64,000 bases of DNA, from the NCBI GenBank assembly GCA_048270185.1, contig JBLWTJ010000001.1, forward strand, positions 384,001 to 448,000, written 5' to 3'. Of this stretch, positions 11,041-20,454 are shown in pieces. A model generated the notes under the pieces. It saw nothing but the letters and a program-made list of their open reading frames with translations, did no database searches and was not told where the DNA came from. Position numbers and translations under genes: made by a program. This DNA is from Bacteriovoracaceae bacterium. Its GTDB lineage: Bacteria > Bdellovibrionota > Bacteriovoracia > Bacteriovoracales > Bacteriovoracaceae. How positions within the stretch are numbered: the first letter of the stretch is position 1; the number at the start of each line of letters is the position of its first letter.

Positions 11041-11173
11041 CCTTGTGTCTCCCTAGTGTTTCGTGTGTTTGTGCGTGTTAATTCTAAATTTTATTATAGC
11101 TAAATCAGCACGATTTTAATAGCTTGCAACTCGTCAAAAAGGCCCATAAAATATTACAAATAAGGAATAAATT

Positions 11174-12364
11174 ATGACTCAAATTAAGATTGGTTTAGAA
11201 CGACTAAGAGATGACGCATCTCTTCAAAATAAAGTAACTGGAAATATTGCTCTTCTGTGCCATAGCGCAAGTATTGATTCAAAATTCAAAGTTGCACCAC
11301 TCATTTTTAAAGAAATTTTTGGCGAGCGCTTCATCAAATTATTTGGGCCACAACATGGCTTTGTCAGTGACGTCCAAGATAATATGGTTGAAACTGACCA
11401 TTATATTCACCCGTACTTCAATATTCCTGTTTACTCACTTTATAGTGAGACAAGAAGGCCAACAAAAGAGATGCTAAAGGATATTGATACTTTTGTGGTT
11501 GATCTGCAAGATGTCGGAACGCGAGTCTATACCTATATAACAACTGTTACTTACCTACTTGAAGAATGTGCTAAGGAGGGAATAAAGGTTATTATCCTCG
11601 ATCGCCCAAACCCAGTAGGACTTGATAAAATCGAAGGCAATATCTTAGAAACTAAATTTAAGTCCTTCGTTGGTGCCATGGAAATCCCTCAGCGTCACGG
11701 ACTATCAATGGGAGAATATGCCCTATACGCAAAGAAGAAACTTGGGCTTGAAGTCGAACTTGAAGTTATCGAAGTCGCAGCTCTTACAAGAAAGATGCAA
11801 TGGAGACAAACTCAACTTTCATGGGTCAACCCGTCACCAAATCTTCCAACTCCAGAAGGCTCACTTACATTTTGCGGTACAGTTCTATATGAAGGCACAA
11901 ATCTAAGTGAAGGGCGTGGAACAACGAGATCACTTGAGGTTATTGGACATCCGGCCATTGAAGCCTATAGCTTTGTCGAAGAGATCGCACCGGCCATCAA
12001 GGAAATTGACAATGGAAGCTTTATTCTACGCCCAGTAAACTTTATGCCAACATTTAATAAACATGCAGGTGTAGCATGTGGTGGTGTTCATATCCATGTA
12101 ACAAATGAAGAAGAATTCAACTCATGGCAATTATCACAAGTACTATGTCGAGAATTTGCAAGAAAACTAGGAGATAAGTTTTCTTGGGATGAGAAAGATT
12201 ATGAATACTCATTTGGTAACCTTGCAATTGACTTAATCAATGGTAGTGAGTTTGTTAAAGAATGGGTCGAGAGATATGGTAGTGTAAGTGAACTTCGAGA
12301 GTTTGAAATCCAAGGACACGAAGCTTATCTAAAAGACATCGAATCAATTAAAATTTACAAATAA
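11174..12364 (+). CDS. Exo-beta-N-acetylmuramidase NamZ/DUF1343 family protein
   Basis: LFGPQHG, DLQDVGTRVYTY, DRPNP, PSPNLP and SEGRGT. No signal peptide. Confidence 0.9.
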   Translation: MTQIKIGLERLRDDASLQNKVTGNIALLCHSASIDSKFKVAPLIFKEIFGERFIKLFGPQHGFVSDVQDNMVETDHYIHPYFNIPVYSLYSETRRPTKEMLKDIDTFVVDLQDVGTRVYTYITTVTYLLEECAKEGIKVIILDRPNPVGLDKIEGNILETKFKSFVGAMEIPQRHGLSMGEYALYAKKKLGLEVELEVIEVAALTRKMQWRQTQLSWVNPSPNLPTPEGSLTFCGTVLYEGTNLSEGRGTTRSLEVIGHPAIEAYSFVEEIAPAIKEIDNGSFILRPVNFMPTFNKHAGVACGGVHIHVTNEEEFNSWQLSQVLCREFARKLGDKFSWDEKDYEYSFGNLAIDLINGSEFVKEWVERYGSVSELREFEIQGHEAYLKDIESIKIYK

Positions 12365-12395
12365 AAAAGGCCTCTTTAAAAGAGGCCTTTTTTTT
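12363..12395. terminator. Bidirectional intrinsic terminator
   Basis: AAAAAAGGCCTCTTT-AA-AAGAGGCCTTTTTTTT between convergent genes. Confidence 0.9.
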
Positions 12396-12397
12396 AT

Positions 12398-13909
12398 TTA
12401 CTTATAAGCTTTCATTTGACCAGATCTAAAACGACTTAGATAATCATTTGTCTTCTCTTTAAGAATATCAGAGAAACAAATCATTCCGATGATATTTGGG
12501 AATGCGATTGAAAGTAACATTAAGTCAGCAAAGTCTAGAACGTGTCCGATCTGTAGAACAGGACCAATTATAATGATGAATACATATATTAAGCGATAAA
12601 ACTTTACACTTGAATAACCGAAACGTTTTTCGAATAAGAATAGAGTTGCACGCTCACCATAGTATGACCAAGAAATAACTGTTGAATAGGCAAAAACACA
12701 AATAGCAATCAGAAGACAATATGGCGCCCATTCACCTAGTGTAGCAAAAGCGTAAGCTGTCATTTCAACACCCTTACCAGCAACACTTGGCTCAACATAA
12801 GCACCTGTCACAAGAAGTGTAAGAGCTGTAATTGTACAAACGATATGTGTATCAATAACAGGCCCAATCATTGCAACAATCCCCTCTCTTACAGGCTCAC
12901 TTGTTTTTGCCGCAGAGTGAGCGATCGCCGCAGAACCAAGTCCTGCCTCATTTGAGAAAGACGCACGCTGAATACCAACTAGCATAACTGCAAACGCCCC
13001 ACCAAAGGCAGCATCAGGATTCATCGCCTCTTTAAAGATAAGAGCAAAGATATGTGGAACTTCACCAATATTTGATAAAATAATTGCAAGACATGTTAGT
13101 ACATAGAATGCACACATAAGAGGGACAAGTTTTGAAGTTACCGTTCCAATTTTCTTAATTCCACCAATAAGAACGACACCAGCAAGGAAAGCTAGCACAA
13201 TACCAACAATCCATGGAGAAGCTTCAGGGTGTTGATCCGCAATGATCTTATAAGTTTGGTTTGCTTGGAAAAGGTTTCCCCCACCAAAAGATGCACCAAT
13301 TGTCATAATAGCATAGAAAATTCCTAGGTACTTCCCTACAACAATGAACTTAGATTTTTTGAAAACTTCAGTTAGGTAGACCATTGGGCCACCAAGCATA
13401 TCGCCATTACTAGTTTTTGTTTTAAACATTTGACCGAATGTAGATGAAGCAAATTTCATCGACATACCAAAGAAAGCAATAATCCACAGCCATAGAACAA
13501 CACCAGGGCCACCTTTACCAATTGCAAGAGCAACACCTGCAATATTTCCAAGTCCAACGGTTGCCGAAAGAGCAGAAGTCAGAGCTTGAAAGTGAGTAAT
13601 ATCACCTTCATCTTCTGGGTTGTCATACTTACCGCGAATAACGTCAATTGAATGTTTAAATAGTCGGACATTGATAAAACCGAAACGCAGCGTGAAGAAA
13701 AGTCCACCTAGTACCATAACAAATAAAATTAATGGCATTTGAATAATTGGGATTTTCCAAAATAGGACAGGAAAATAGTATCCATTAATAGTCCCGAAAA
13801 ATTCATTAACTTTTTCTTGTAGATCCAGCTCATTTTGAGCGTAAGTGCTGAGGCTAATGATAGAGAATATAAGTCCCATCATCGCCCTTGTCATTGCGAT
13901 TCTAATCAT
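12398..13909 (-). CDS. Alanine/glycine:cation symporter (AGCS family)
   Basis: ATVGLGNIAGVA, GGPG, GGPM, FSNEAGLGS and SWSYYGE, with many TM helices. Confidence 0.95.
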   Translation of the reverse strand: MIRIAMTRAMMGLIFSIISLSTYAQNELDLQEKVNEFFGTINGYYFPVLFWKIPIIQMPLILFVMVLGGLFFTLRFGFINVRLFKHSIDVIRGKYDNPEDEGDITHFQALTSALSATVGLGNIAGVALAIGKGGPGVVLWLWIIAFFGMSMKFASSTFGQMFKTKTSNGDMLGGPMVYLTEVFKKSKFIVVGKYLGIFYAIMTIGASFGGGNLFQANQTYKIIADQHPEASPWIVGIVLAFLAGVVLIGGIKKIGTVTSKLVPLMCAFYVLTCLAIILSNIGEVPHIFALIFKEAMNPDAAFGGAFAVMLVGIQRASFSNEAGLGSAAIAHSAAKTSEPVREGIVAMIGPVIDTHIVCTITALTLLVTGAYVEPSVAGKGVEMTAYAFATLGEWAPYCLLIAICVFAYSTVISWSYYGERATLFLFEKRFGYSSVKFYRLIYVFIIIIGPVLQIGHVLDFADLMLLSIAFPNIIGMICFSDILKEKTNDYLSRFRSGQMKAYK

Positions 13910-14092
13910 TCAACAATCCTTTGTTTTTTGTTCGTGTCTCGAAATTACTTAGCGTATTTTCAATCTTTTTAAATTTTTGTGTCTGTGTCTTCAGTAAATT
14001 TTATCGAAAGTTTATCGAACTTGTCACCTTTTTTATTTTATAGTCATTCAAAATCGGTTATTCTAAATTCATTATAAAAAAGGAGTACCCAA

Positions 14093-14302
14093 GTGAGTAA
14101 ACTACCGACACTTGAAGAAGCGATTGAAATTATCCGCCCACTTGTTAAATTTTCTACGATTGATAATCAAAAGCATATCGACCTATCAGTTGCCACTGCT
14201 GACAAGAGAGTACTTAGTCAACAGGCCCTGATGGTTATCAAATCATCAATTGACTTAGGTCAGACAGATCAACAAACAATTAATGAAAAATTAGGGCTCT
14301 AA
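14093..14302 (+). CDS. Small hypothetical protein
   Basis: GTG start after AAGGAG, followed by a hairpin (TAGGGCT...GGCCCTA). Confidence 0.7.
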   Translation: MSKLPTLEEAIEIIRPLVKFSTIDNQKHIDLSVATADKRVLSQQALMVIKSSIDLGQTDQQTINEKLGL

Positions 14303-14460
14303 TAGGCCCTAAATATACTTAAATTATATGCTAAGTCTCTGATTTATTATGAATAAAACCCAGGAATATGCGAATCTATAAATTCGTTCAATTTATAATC
14401 ACTAACGAAATTCTTACACTAGGCCAACGTCAAAGTCTTTGACGATGTTACTATATCCTT

Positions 14461-14799
14461 ATGAAAGCACCACTACTTGCTCTATTGATCATATTATCTA
14501 GCACGCAAATTTTTGCTGCCATCCCATTTAATGGCGACGATGAAAGAACAATTTCAATCCCAACCCAGATTGAAAAGCAAGATATAACAATTGATCGAAT
14601 AACAATGAAGATGAATCTCCTTCTTATAAAATATGGAGAGATTAACAGTGTTCAAGAAGATCTTGATCTTGAGTTCAATGAGTTAGTTGAAGAAGTTGAG
14701 CATTTAAATAATTTTAAGGGTGTTATTGAGCTAAGATACTTAGAAAACCTAGAAGAAAATATTGAATTACTTCATCAAGAAATTAATCTGATGAATTAA
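14461..14799 (+). CDS. Secreted helical hypothetical protein
   Basis: Signal peptide and an acidic coiled-coil-like body. Confidence 0.7.
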   Translation: MKAPLLALLIILSSTQIFAAIPFNGDDERTISIPTQIEKQDITIDRITMKMNLLLIKYGEINSVQEDLDLEFNELVEEVEHLNNFKGVIELRYLENLEENIELLHQEINLMN

Positions 14800-14827
14800 A
14801 AACCTCCCCCCCATAATTGATATTACT

Positions 14828-14859
14828 AAGAAAGCGAGGCCTTAGACCTCGCTTCTTTT
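14828..14859. terminator. Bidirectional terminator
   Basis: AAGAAAGCGAGG-CCTTAGA-CCTCGCTTCTTTT between convergent genes. Confidence 0.75.
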
Positions 14860-14868
14860 GCCTTTAAA

Positions 14869-15567
14869 TTAATTTTTGAATGACTGATAGATCAGAGAGT
14901 AATCACTGCCCCTGTAGTCTCTAATAAAGATTTCACTTTGCTCACGTACCATTCCGTAATAGCGAGAGCTTGAATCAATATCAACACGGTACTGATAAGA
15001 ACGATATAAATAATAGCTACCATCAGAATGCTTTGTATAAATACCGATATCAACGCGATTATCAGCTAAGAAGTGATAAACCTGATAGCGAGCACCGACT
15101 TGCTCTTGCACCTTAGGGATACTTCCAACATTATTAAGAGTGTAGTCACAAATTGTTTTTAGGTAGAGATTGTTATCTGTTGGAATGGCCGTAATAAAGT
15201 CTCTTGTTGAAGAGTTACGAGATGCGAATGTTGGAGTCGACGTGTAATCATTTGGAACTTCAATATAAACCGAGAGATCAGTTAAATTACGAATCGTGCT
15301 ATCTCCATAGACTTTCTTACGACGAGTGAAAGTAAAACTTTCATTAAAAACATTTCTTAATATATCATCATGATGCCTTTCAAGGGCCTCACAAATACGA
15401 GTTGCACGAGTTAGAGAAAGGTCAGAAAGATCTGTATTTGCTATCTTTAAAGCTTCACCAGCACGAATAACAGGTGAATTTCCATTATCTTCTTCGCTAC
15501 CGTAGTCTTCACAGCTAACGAAACCAAATAATAAACATAAAACAAAAACTAAGTTTAACTTCTTCAC
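14869..15567 (-). CDS. Hypothetical lipoprotein
   Basis: GTG start after GGAGG and lipobox FVSC. Confidence 0.75.
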   Translation of the reverse strand: MKKLNLVFVLCLLFGFVSCEDYGSEEDNGNSPVIRAGEALKIANTDLSDLSLTRATRICEALERHHDDILRNVFNESFTFTRRKKVYGDSTIRNLTDLSVYIEVPNDYTSTPTFASRNSSTRDFITAIPTDNNLYLKTICDYTLNNVGSIPKVQEQVGARYQVYHFLADNRVDIGIYTKHSDGSYYLYRSYQYRVDIDSSSRYYGMVREQSEIFIRDYRGSDYSLIYQSFKN

Positions 15568-15630
15568 AAACCCTCCAACTATTAATAGTTAAATTATAAG
15601 TGAAAAACGAAAACCATTTCTTTCAAAGTC

Positions 15631-15834
15631 TTACTTTATAACTCGATAGTCAGCTTCAATCACATCGTCGTCATTTGGGCCAGAATTTGTCTTGTAAGAG
15701 TTTTGTTGAGAATAAGATGGATTTGGGCCACTAGAAGTTTTGGCATTTGAAAGCACACCACTATTCTTTAGAAACTTACGAATCGTGATAAATAACCAGT
15801 AGAAAATGGCGGCCTTAATAAGTGCTGCAATCAT
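15631..15834 (-). CDS. Small membrane protein
   Basis: N-terminal TM segment and C-terminal DVIEADYRVIK tail. Confidence 0.7.
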   Translation of the reverse strand: MIAALIKAAIFYWLFITIRKFLKNSGVLSNAKTSSGPNPSYSQQNSYKTNSGPNDDDVIEADYRVIK

Positions 15835-15945
15835 GCTTAAAATCTAGCATAAAAGTGCTAAAAATATCATTAAAAATCTTAACTACGTGAAATTATTTTG
15901 CTATAGTGTGAGCAATTTCAAAATTATTAAACATATAGGTATCAT

Positions 15946-17523
15946 ATGACACAAAAATTAAATCTTGTTCACTGGGCCGACATGACGGCAGACCGCATTA
16001 TTCGCCAACATGGAGACAAAGATGATTACGTTGTTGCTAGTGGGATCACTCCTTCAGGTGTTGTTCACTTTGGTAACTTTAGAGAAGTCATCACAACTGA
16101 CCTTGTTGCTCGAGGGCTTCGCGCTCGTGGAAAGAATGTTCGCTTCATCTTTTCTTGGGATGATTACGATACATTCCGTAAGATTCCGGCCAATCTGCCA
16201 AAACAAGATGAGCTGCAAGAGTATCTATTTCAACCAATTGTCGACACACCTGATCCATTTGAAGTTGCAGAAAGTTATGCTGCTCACCACGAGCAAAGCT
16301 TTGAAGCACAACTTGAAAAAGTCGGTGTTGCAGTAGAGCCAATCTATCAAGCAAAGAAATACCGTGCAGGTGATTACAAAGACCAAATCAAACATGCACT
16401 TAACAAGAGATTTGAAATTCGCGATATCTTAAATCAATACAGAAAAGAGCCGTATGGAGATGACTACTATCCAGTGTCAGTTTACTGCGAAAAATATAAG
16501 ACAGATAAAACGACAATTCTTTCATGGGACGGAGAAAGCAAGCTGCGCTACAAGCACAACGAACACGACTATGAAGGTGAAGTTGATTTAAACACAACTA
16601 GCTTAGTTAAACTACCTTGGCGAGTTGACTGGCCAATGAGATGGGCATTTGAAAAAGTAGATTTTGAGCCAGGTGGAAAAGACCATTCTTCTCAAGGAGG
16701 GTCATTTACAACAGCAAAGGACATCGTAAAGATCTTTGACTGGGAAGCCCCAATCTATCTTCAATATGATTTCGTCTCAATCAAGGGCCTTGGTGGAAAA
16801 ATGAGTTCATCAAAAGGAAACCTTGTTACTGTAAACGATATTCTAAAAGTATATGAGCCTGAAATGGTTCGCTGGATCTTTGCTTCATATAAGACAAATG
16901 TTGATTTCGCGATTTCATTTGATCTCGATGTTTTAAAAACTTATGAAGACTATGACCGTCAAGAACGCCTCGCATTTGGAGTAGAGGAAGGTAATGAGAA
17001 GAAAGTTGCTATGGCCAAGAGAGTAATTGAGCTATCGCAAATTAAAGAGATGCCATCAGAGTGTCCATTTCAGCCATCTTTTAGACACCTTTGTAACGTT
17101 TTACAAATTAACGATGGTGATATTGAAGCGGCAAGAGCTTACTATGCAGATCAAATCAAGAACGACAGAGATGAGAGACGCTTTAGAGAAAGAAGTACTT
17201 GTGCCCTTCATTGGCTACAAGAAAATGCTCCAGAGGAATTCAAGTTTGCGATCAATAAAGAAGCTGTTGATATGCCACTAGAAGACAATGTTCGCACCTA
17301 CCTCGATAAATTAGTTGCTCTTTGTGAATCTGAGTGGGAATCAATTGCAGATGATAAAGAATTCAATGATAAGATGTATGAGATTATGCATGAGCTTGAA
17401 CTTAAGCCAGCAGATATCTTTGCACCTATTTATCAAAAATTAATTTCTCGTGAAAAGGGACCAAAGCTTGCAGGCTTTATCCGCACTATTGGTAAAGAGC
17501 GAGTGATTAAACTTCTAAAATAA
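15946..17523 (+). CDS. lysS: Lysine--tRNA ligase, class I
   Basis: SGITPSGVVHFGN (HIGH-like), KLPWRVDWPMRW, FEPGGKDH, KMSSSKG and GPKLA. Confidence 0.96.
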   Translation: MTQKLNLVHWADMTADRIIRQHGDKDDYVVASGITPSGVVHFGNFREVITTDLVARGLRARGKNVRFIFSWDDYDTFRKIPANLPKQDELQEYLFQPIVDTPDPFEVAESYAAHHEQSFEAQLEKVGVAVEPIYQAKKYRAGDYKDQIKHALNKRFEIRDILNQYRKEPYGDDYYPVSVYCEKYKTDKTTILSWDGESKLRYKHNEHDYEGEVDLNTTSLVKLPWRVDWPMRWAFEKVDFEPGGKDHSSQGGSFTTAKDIVKIFDWEAPIYLQYDFVSIKGLGGKMSSSKGNLVTVNDILKVYEPEMVRWIFASYKTNVDFAISFDLDVLKTYEDYDRQERLAFGVEEGNEKKVAMAKRVIELSQIKEMPSECPFQPSFRHLCNVLQINDGDIEAARAYYADQIKNDRDERRFRERSTCALHWLQENAPEEFKFAINKEAVDMPLEDNVRTYLDKLVALCESEWESIADDKEFNDKMYEIMHELELKPADIFAPIYQKLISREKGPKLAGFIRTIGKERVIKLLK

Positions 17524-17530
17524 ATTTAAA

Positions 17531-18040
17531 TTAAAATATTTTCTTAAAGACTAGGCCATCCTTTGCGATGGCCTTTATTTCAATTGGGTAATTCCTAAAC
17601 TCTTTTAATCTCTTCACAACTTTCATATCACTTTCAGAAAGCATACAAAGACGCAGCCTATCGTGAGCTACTTCACATTGGCTCAGATGAGTATGAGAAA
17701 GACTAAGCTTAATAACCTCTCCCCCAAATCTTCTTGCCTGTGATTCAAGCTCTAGGGTTTGAGACAGAATTCCAGCATAAGTCGAAACACGATTATGAGT
17801 TCCCTTGATAATTTTAGAAAAGAATTTGTGGCCATTATCTAGTTCAAGACAAATCTGTAGCACTTCTCTTTTGACTAAGCCAAAGAGTGCATAAGAATGC
17901 TTTAGAAGATCATATTCATTGCGAGTAATCGGCCGAATCTCCTGTCCATTAAAGAGGACGCGATTATTAATGGCCTTAAGGCCTTCAAAGGATGCACTCA
18001 GGGCGTGAAACTTAATTTGATCATAAAGACTTAATTCCAT
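17531..18040 (-). CDS. Hypothetical protein with a RadC/JAB(MPN)-like motif
   Basis: E...KGT..HTH...LSESD pattern resembles the JAMM motif E..HxH..SxxD. Confidence 0.55.
   Translation of the reverse strand: MELSLYDQIKFHALSASFEGLKAINNRVLFNGQEIRPITRNEYDLLKHSYALFGLVKREVLQICLELDNGHKFFSKIIKGTHNRVSTYAGILSQTLELESQARRFGGEVIKLSLSHTHLSQCEVAHDRLRLCMLSESDMKVVKRLKEFRNYPIEIKAIAKDGLVFKKIF
17553..17580 (+). terminator. lysS terminator within the 3' end of the antisense gene
   Basis: AGGCCATC-CTTTGC-GATGGCCT-TTATTT. Confidence 0.6.
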
Positions 18041-18290
18041 GACTACTAATCGAAATCCTTAAGATAATCGTTAAAAAATCTATAGATTTTGAATAAAGGG
18101 GCAATTTAGGGACATTTAGAAACCAAAAATGGCCTAATTTTGTAAATTCTACTTAATTAGAATGTCATTTTCCTTAGAATTTCTTACATTCTGCCTTTTT
18201 TTGGCCTTCGTAACTAATTGAAATTGTCACATTTTTAGATAATTCATAAAACTAATTTAACAAAGTAAAAAAACGAGAGGGGTTTTATTT

Positions 18291-18953
18291 ATGAAAAAGT
18301 TTTTAATTGCTGTTGGTTTAGTTTTATCTTCTGTCTCTGCTATGGCCGTAACTTGTAATGCCGAAATGGTTGCCAGGAATGGTCGAGTCATCGATAGGTT
18401 TTCTTCATATGATTACTCTTATGATCAAGCATGTCGTGAAGCATTGAGAGAGTGTCGTTATGAAAAACAAAGACGCTCATACGATGTTGTTGTTCAAAGA
18501 GCAACTTGTGAAGTTGAAAGAAGAAATCCAAACCCAGTTCCAAGAAAAGAAGTATGTTCATTTAACCTAGTCAATTCAAATAACGGGCGTATTGTTGATA
18601 CATTTACGGCCCAAGGACAAAATGAAATTCAAGCTTGTAAGAAGGCCGATGATAAGTGCTTTGATGCAAGATACACAAAAGCTAACCCATGGAAGTTCTC
18701 TTGTGAGAAAGTTCGTGGTGGTGGATATGACCCAAGACCAAGACCAAACCCGACTGTAACAAGATTTTGTACAGTAGACCGTATTGGTAATACTCGCTAC
18801 GGTGGAAGAGTACTTCAATCATACACTGCAAGCGCAACAGGTGTTCAAGGAAGCGGAGTTCTTGCCAGAGCTTGTCAAAAAGCGGCCAGTGACTGTTCAA
18901 TCGATTCACGCTACAGCGGACAACGCGACGCTTGTGTACAAAGAAGACAATAA
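18291..18953 (+). CDS. Secreted cysteine-rich protein with three internal repeats
   Basis: Signal peptide and three units of C..GR(V/I)....ACxxAxxxC...C with Pro-rich linkers. Confidence 0.8.
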   Translation: MKKFLIAVGLVLSSVSAMAVTCNAEMVARNGRVIDRFSSYDYSYDQACREALRECRYEKQRRSYDVVVQRATCEVERRNPNPVPRKEVCSFNLVNSNNGRIVDTFTAQGQNEIQACKKADDKCFDARYTKANPWKFSCEKVRGGGYDPRPRPNPTVTRFCTVDRIGNTRYGGRVLQSYTASATGVQGSGVLARACQKAASDCSIDSRYSGQRDACVQRRQ

Positions 18954-18999
18954 TAATCTCGGGGAAGTGATTATCTCCATTAATTTTTGGTTGTTTAAG

Positions 19000-19027
19000 C
19001 AGGCCCTGATTCAGGGCCTGTTTTTTT
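19000..19027 (+). terminator. Intrinsic terminator
   Basis: CAGGCCCTGA-T-TCAGGGCCTG followed by T7. Confidence 0.85.
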
Positions 19028-19110
19028 AGCTATCCTTTGACGCCCTAATCCCTATTTTGATATGATTACCCCACTAAAATAAGGCTTTAACACAAAGCAC
19101 AGAGGTAATT

Positions 19111-20454
19111 ATGTCAAATCTATCAGATATCGAATTTAAAAATAGAAGAAAGCAACTTCTCGCTTCAATGGAAGATGGGATCGCAGTTATTGCATCAGCA
19201 AGATATGCGCATAAGAGTAATGATACCGAGTTTCCATTTCGTCAGAACTCTAATTTTCGTTACTTAACAGGACTAAATGAAGCAGATTGCATTCTCGTTC
19301 TAAGTAAGAAAAATGGCAAAGAAAAACAAGTTCTCTTTGTTCGTCCTAAAGACGAAATTGCAGAGATGTGGGCAGGAAGAAGATTAGGTCCAGATCTAGC
19401 ACGAGAGCAATCTGGAGTGGACGAAGGTTATTCAATTCTTGAATTTGAAAAGAAATTAGAGGAAATGCTACCAGGCCACAAGAACCTCTATCTTCATCTA
19501 ACAGAAAGAGCAGATGTTACGGCCAAGGCGCGAGAAATTTGTGGAAATCTATTCAATAAAAAAAGAGCACAAGAAGAGCTGCCACCAGATACATTTAAAA
19601 ATCTTGGGCACTTAATTGAGAAGATGCGTTTCATTAAAGATGAAACAGAAATCTCTCAAATGAAACAGGCCATGATCGTAACAGATAAGGCACACCGTGC
19701 GGCCATGGCACTAGCTCGCCCAGGGGCCACAGAACAAGAAGTACACGCACTCATGACTTACTTATTCATGAAAGGACCGACTCAAGGTAGTGCCTATGAC
19801 AATATCATTGCAGGTGGAAATAATGCCTGTATTCTTCACTATGTGAAAAATGATGAAGTATTAAATGACGGTGACCTATTGCTCATCGATGCAGGGAGTG
19901 AGTTAAATAACTACGCAACAGATATTACAAGAACATTTCCAGTTAATGGAAAATTCTCGGGAATTCAAAAAGAAGTTTATAATATCGTTCTTGATTCTCA
20001 ACTTGCTGCCATCGAATTATCAAAACCAGGCAATAACGCACAAATGCTACACCAAAAAGTTAGTGAGATCTTAACTCAAGGTCTTATTGATCTTAAGGTA
20101 CTAAATGGAAGTGTTAGTGAGAATATTGAGAAGTCTAATCACAGAAAATTCTTTCCACACGGAACTGGCCACTGGCTAGGACTTGATGTTCATGATCAAA
20201 ACCCTTACCTACTTGATGGCTCAAGTGACCCTGTACCATTTGCAAAAGGCTGTATCTTTACAATTGAGCCTGGACTTTATTTTCCAAAAGAAGCAACAAA
20301 TATCCCAGAAGAACTAAAGGGGATTGGAATTAGAATCGAAGATAATATTCTTATTACAGATAATGGATATGAAAACCTATCTCATATGATTCCAAAGACA
20401 ATTACTGAAATAGAAGAAGCTTGTTCAAAAGACGTAAAGGATTTTCTAGTATAA
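19111..20454 (+). CDS. pepP: Xaa-Pro aminopeptidase
   Basis: FRQNSNFRYLTG, LHY, IDAG, DITRTFP, HWLGLDVHD, TIEPG and IRIEDN. Confidence 0.95.
   Translation: MSNLSDIEFKNRRKQLLASMEDGIAVIASARYAHKSNDTEFPFRQNSNFRYLTGLNEADCILVLSKKNGKEKQVLFVRPKDEIAEMWAGRRLGPDLAREQSGVDEGYSILEFEKKLEEMLPGHKNLYLHLTERADVTAKAREICGNLFNKKRAQEELPPDTFKNLGHLIEKMRFIKDETEISQMKQAMIVTDKAHRAAMALARPGATEQEVHALMTYLFMKGPTQGSAYDNIIAGGNNACILHYVKNDEVLNDGDLLLIDAGSELNNYATDITRTFPVNGKFSGIQKEVYNIVLDSQLAAIELSKPGNNAQMLHQKVSEILTQGLIDLKVLNGSVSENIEKSNHRKFFPHGTGHWLGLDVHDQNPYLLDGSSDPVPFAKGCIFTIEPGLYFPKEATNIPEELKGIGIRIEDNILITDNGYENLSHMIPKTITEIEEACSKDVKDFLV

Noticed and set aside
14001..14040. TTCGATAA (minus strand) as a sigma28 -10 for the symporter
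   Set aside because: No TAAA at a 15-16 nt spacer, so it is kept only as a direct repeat.
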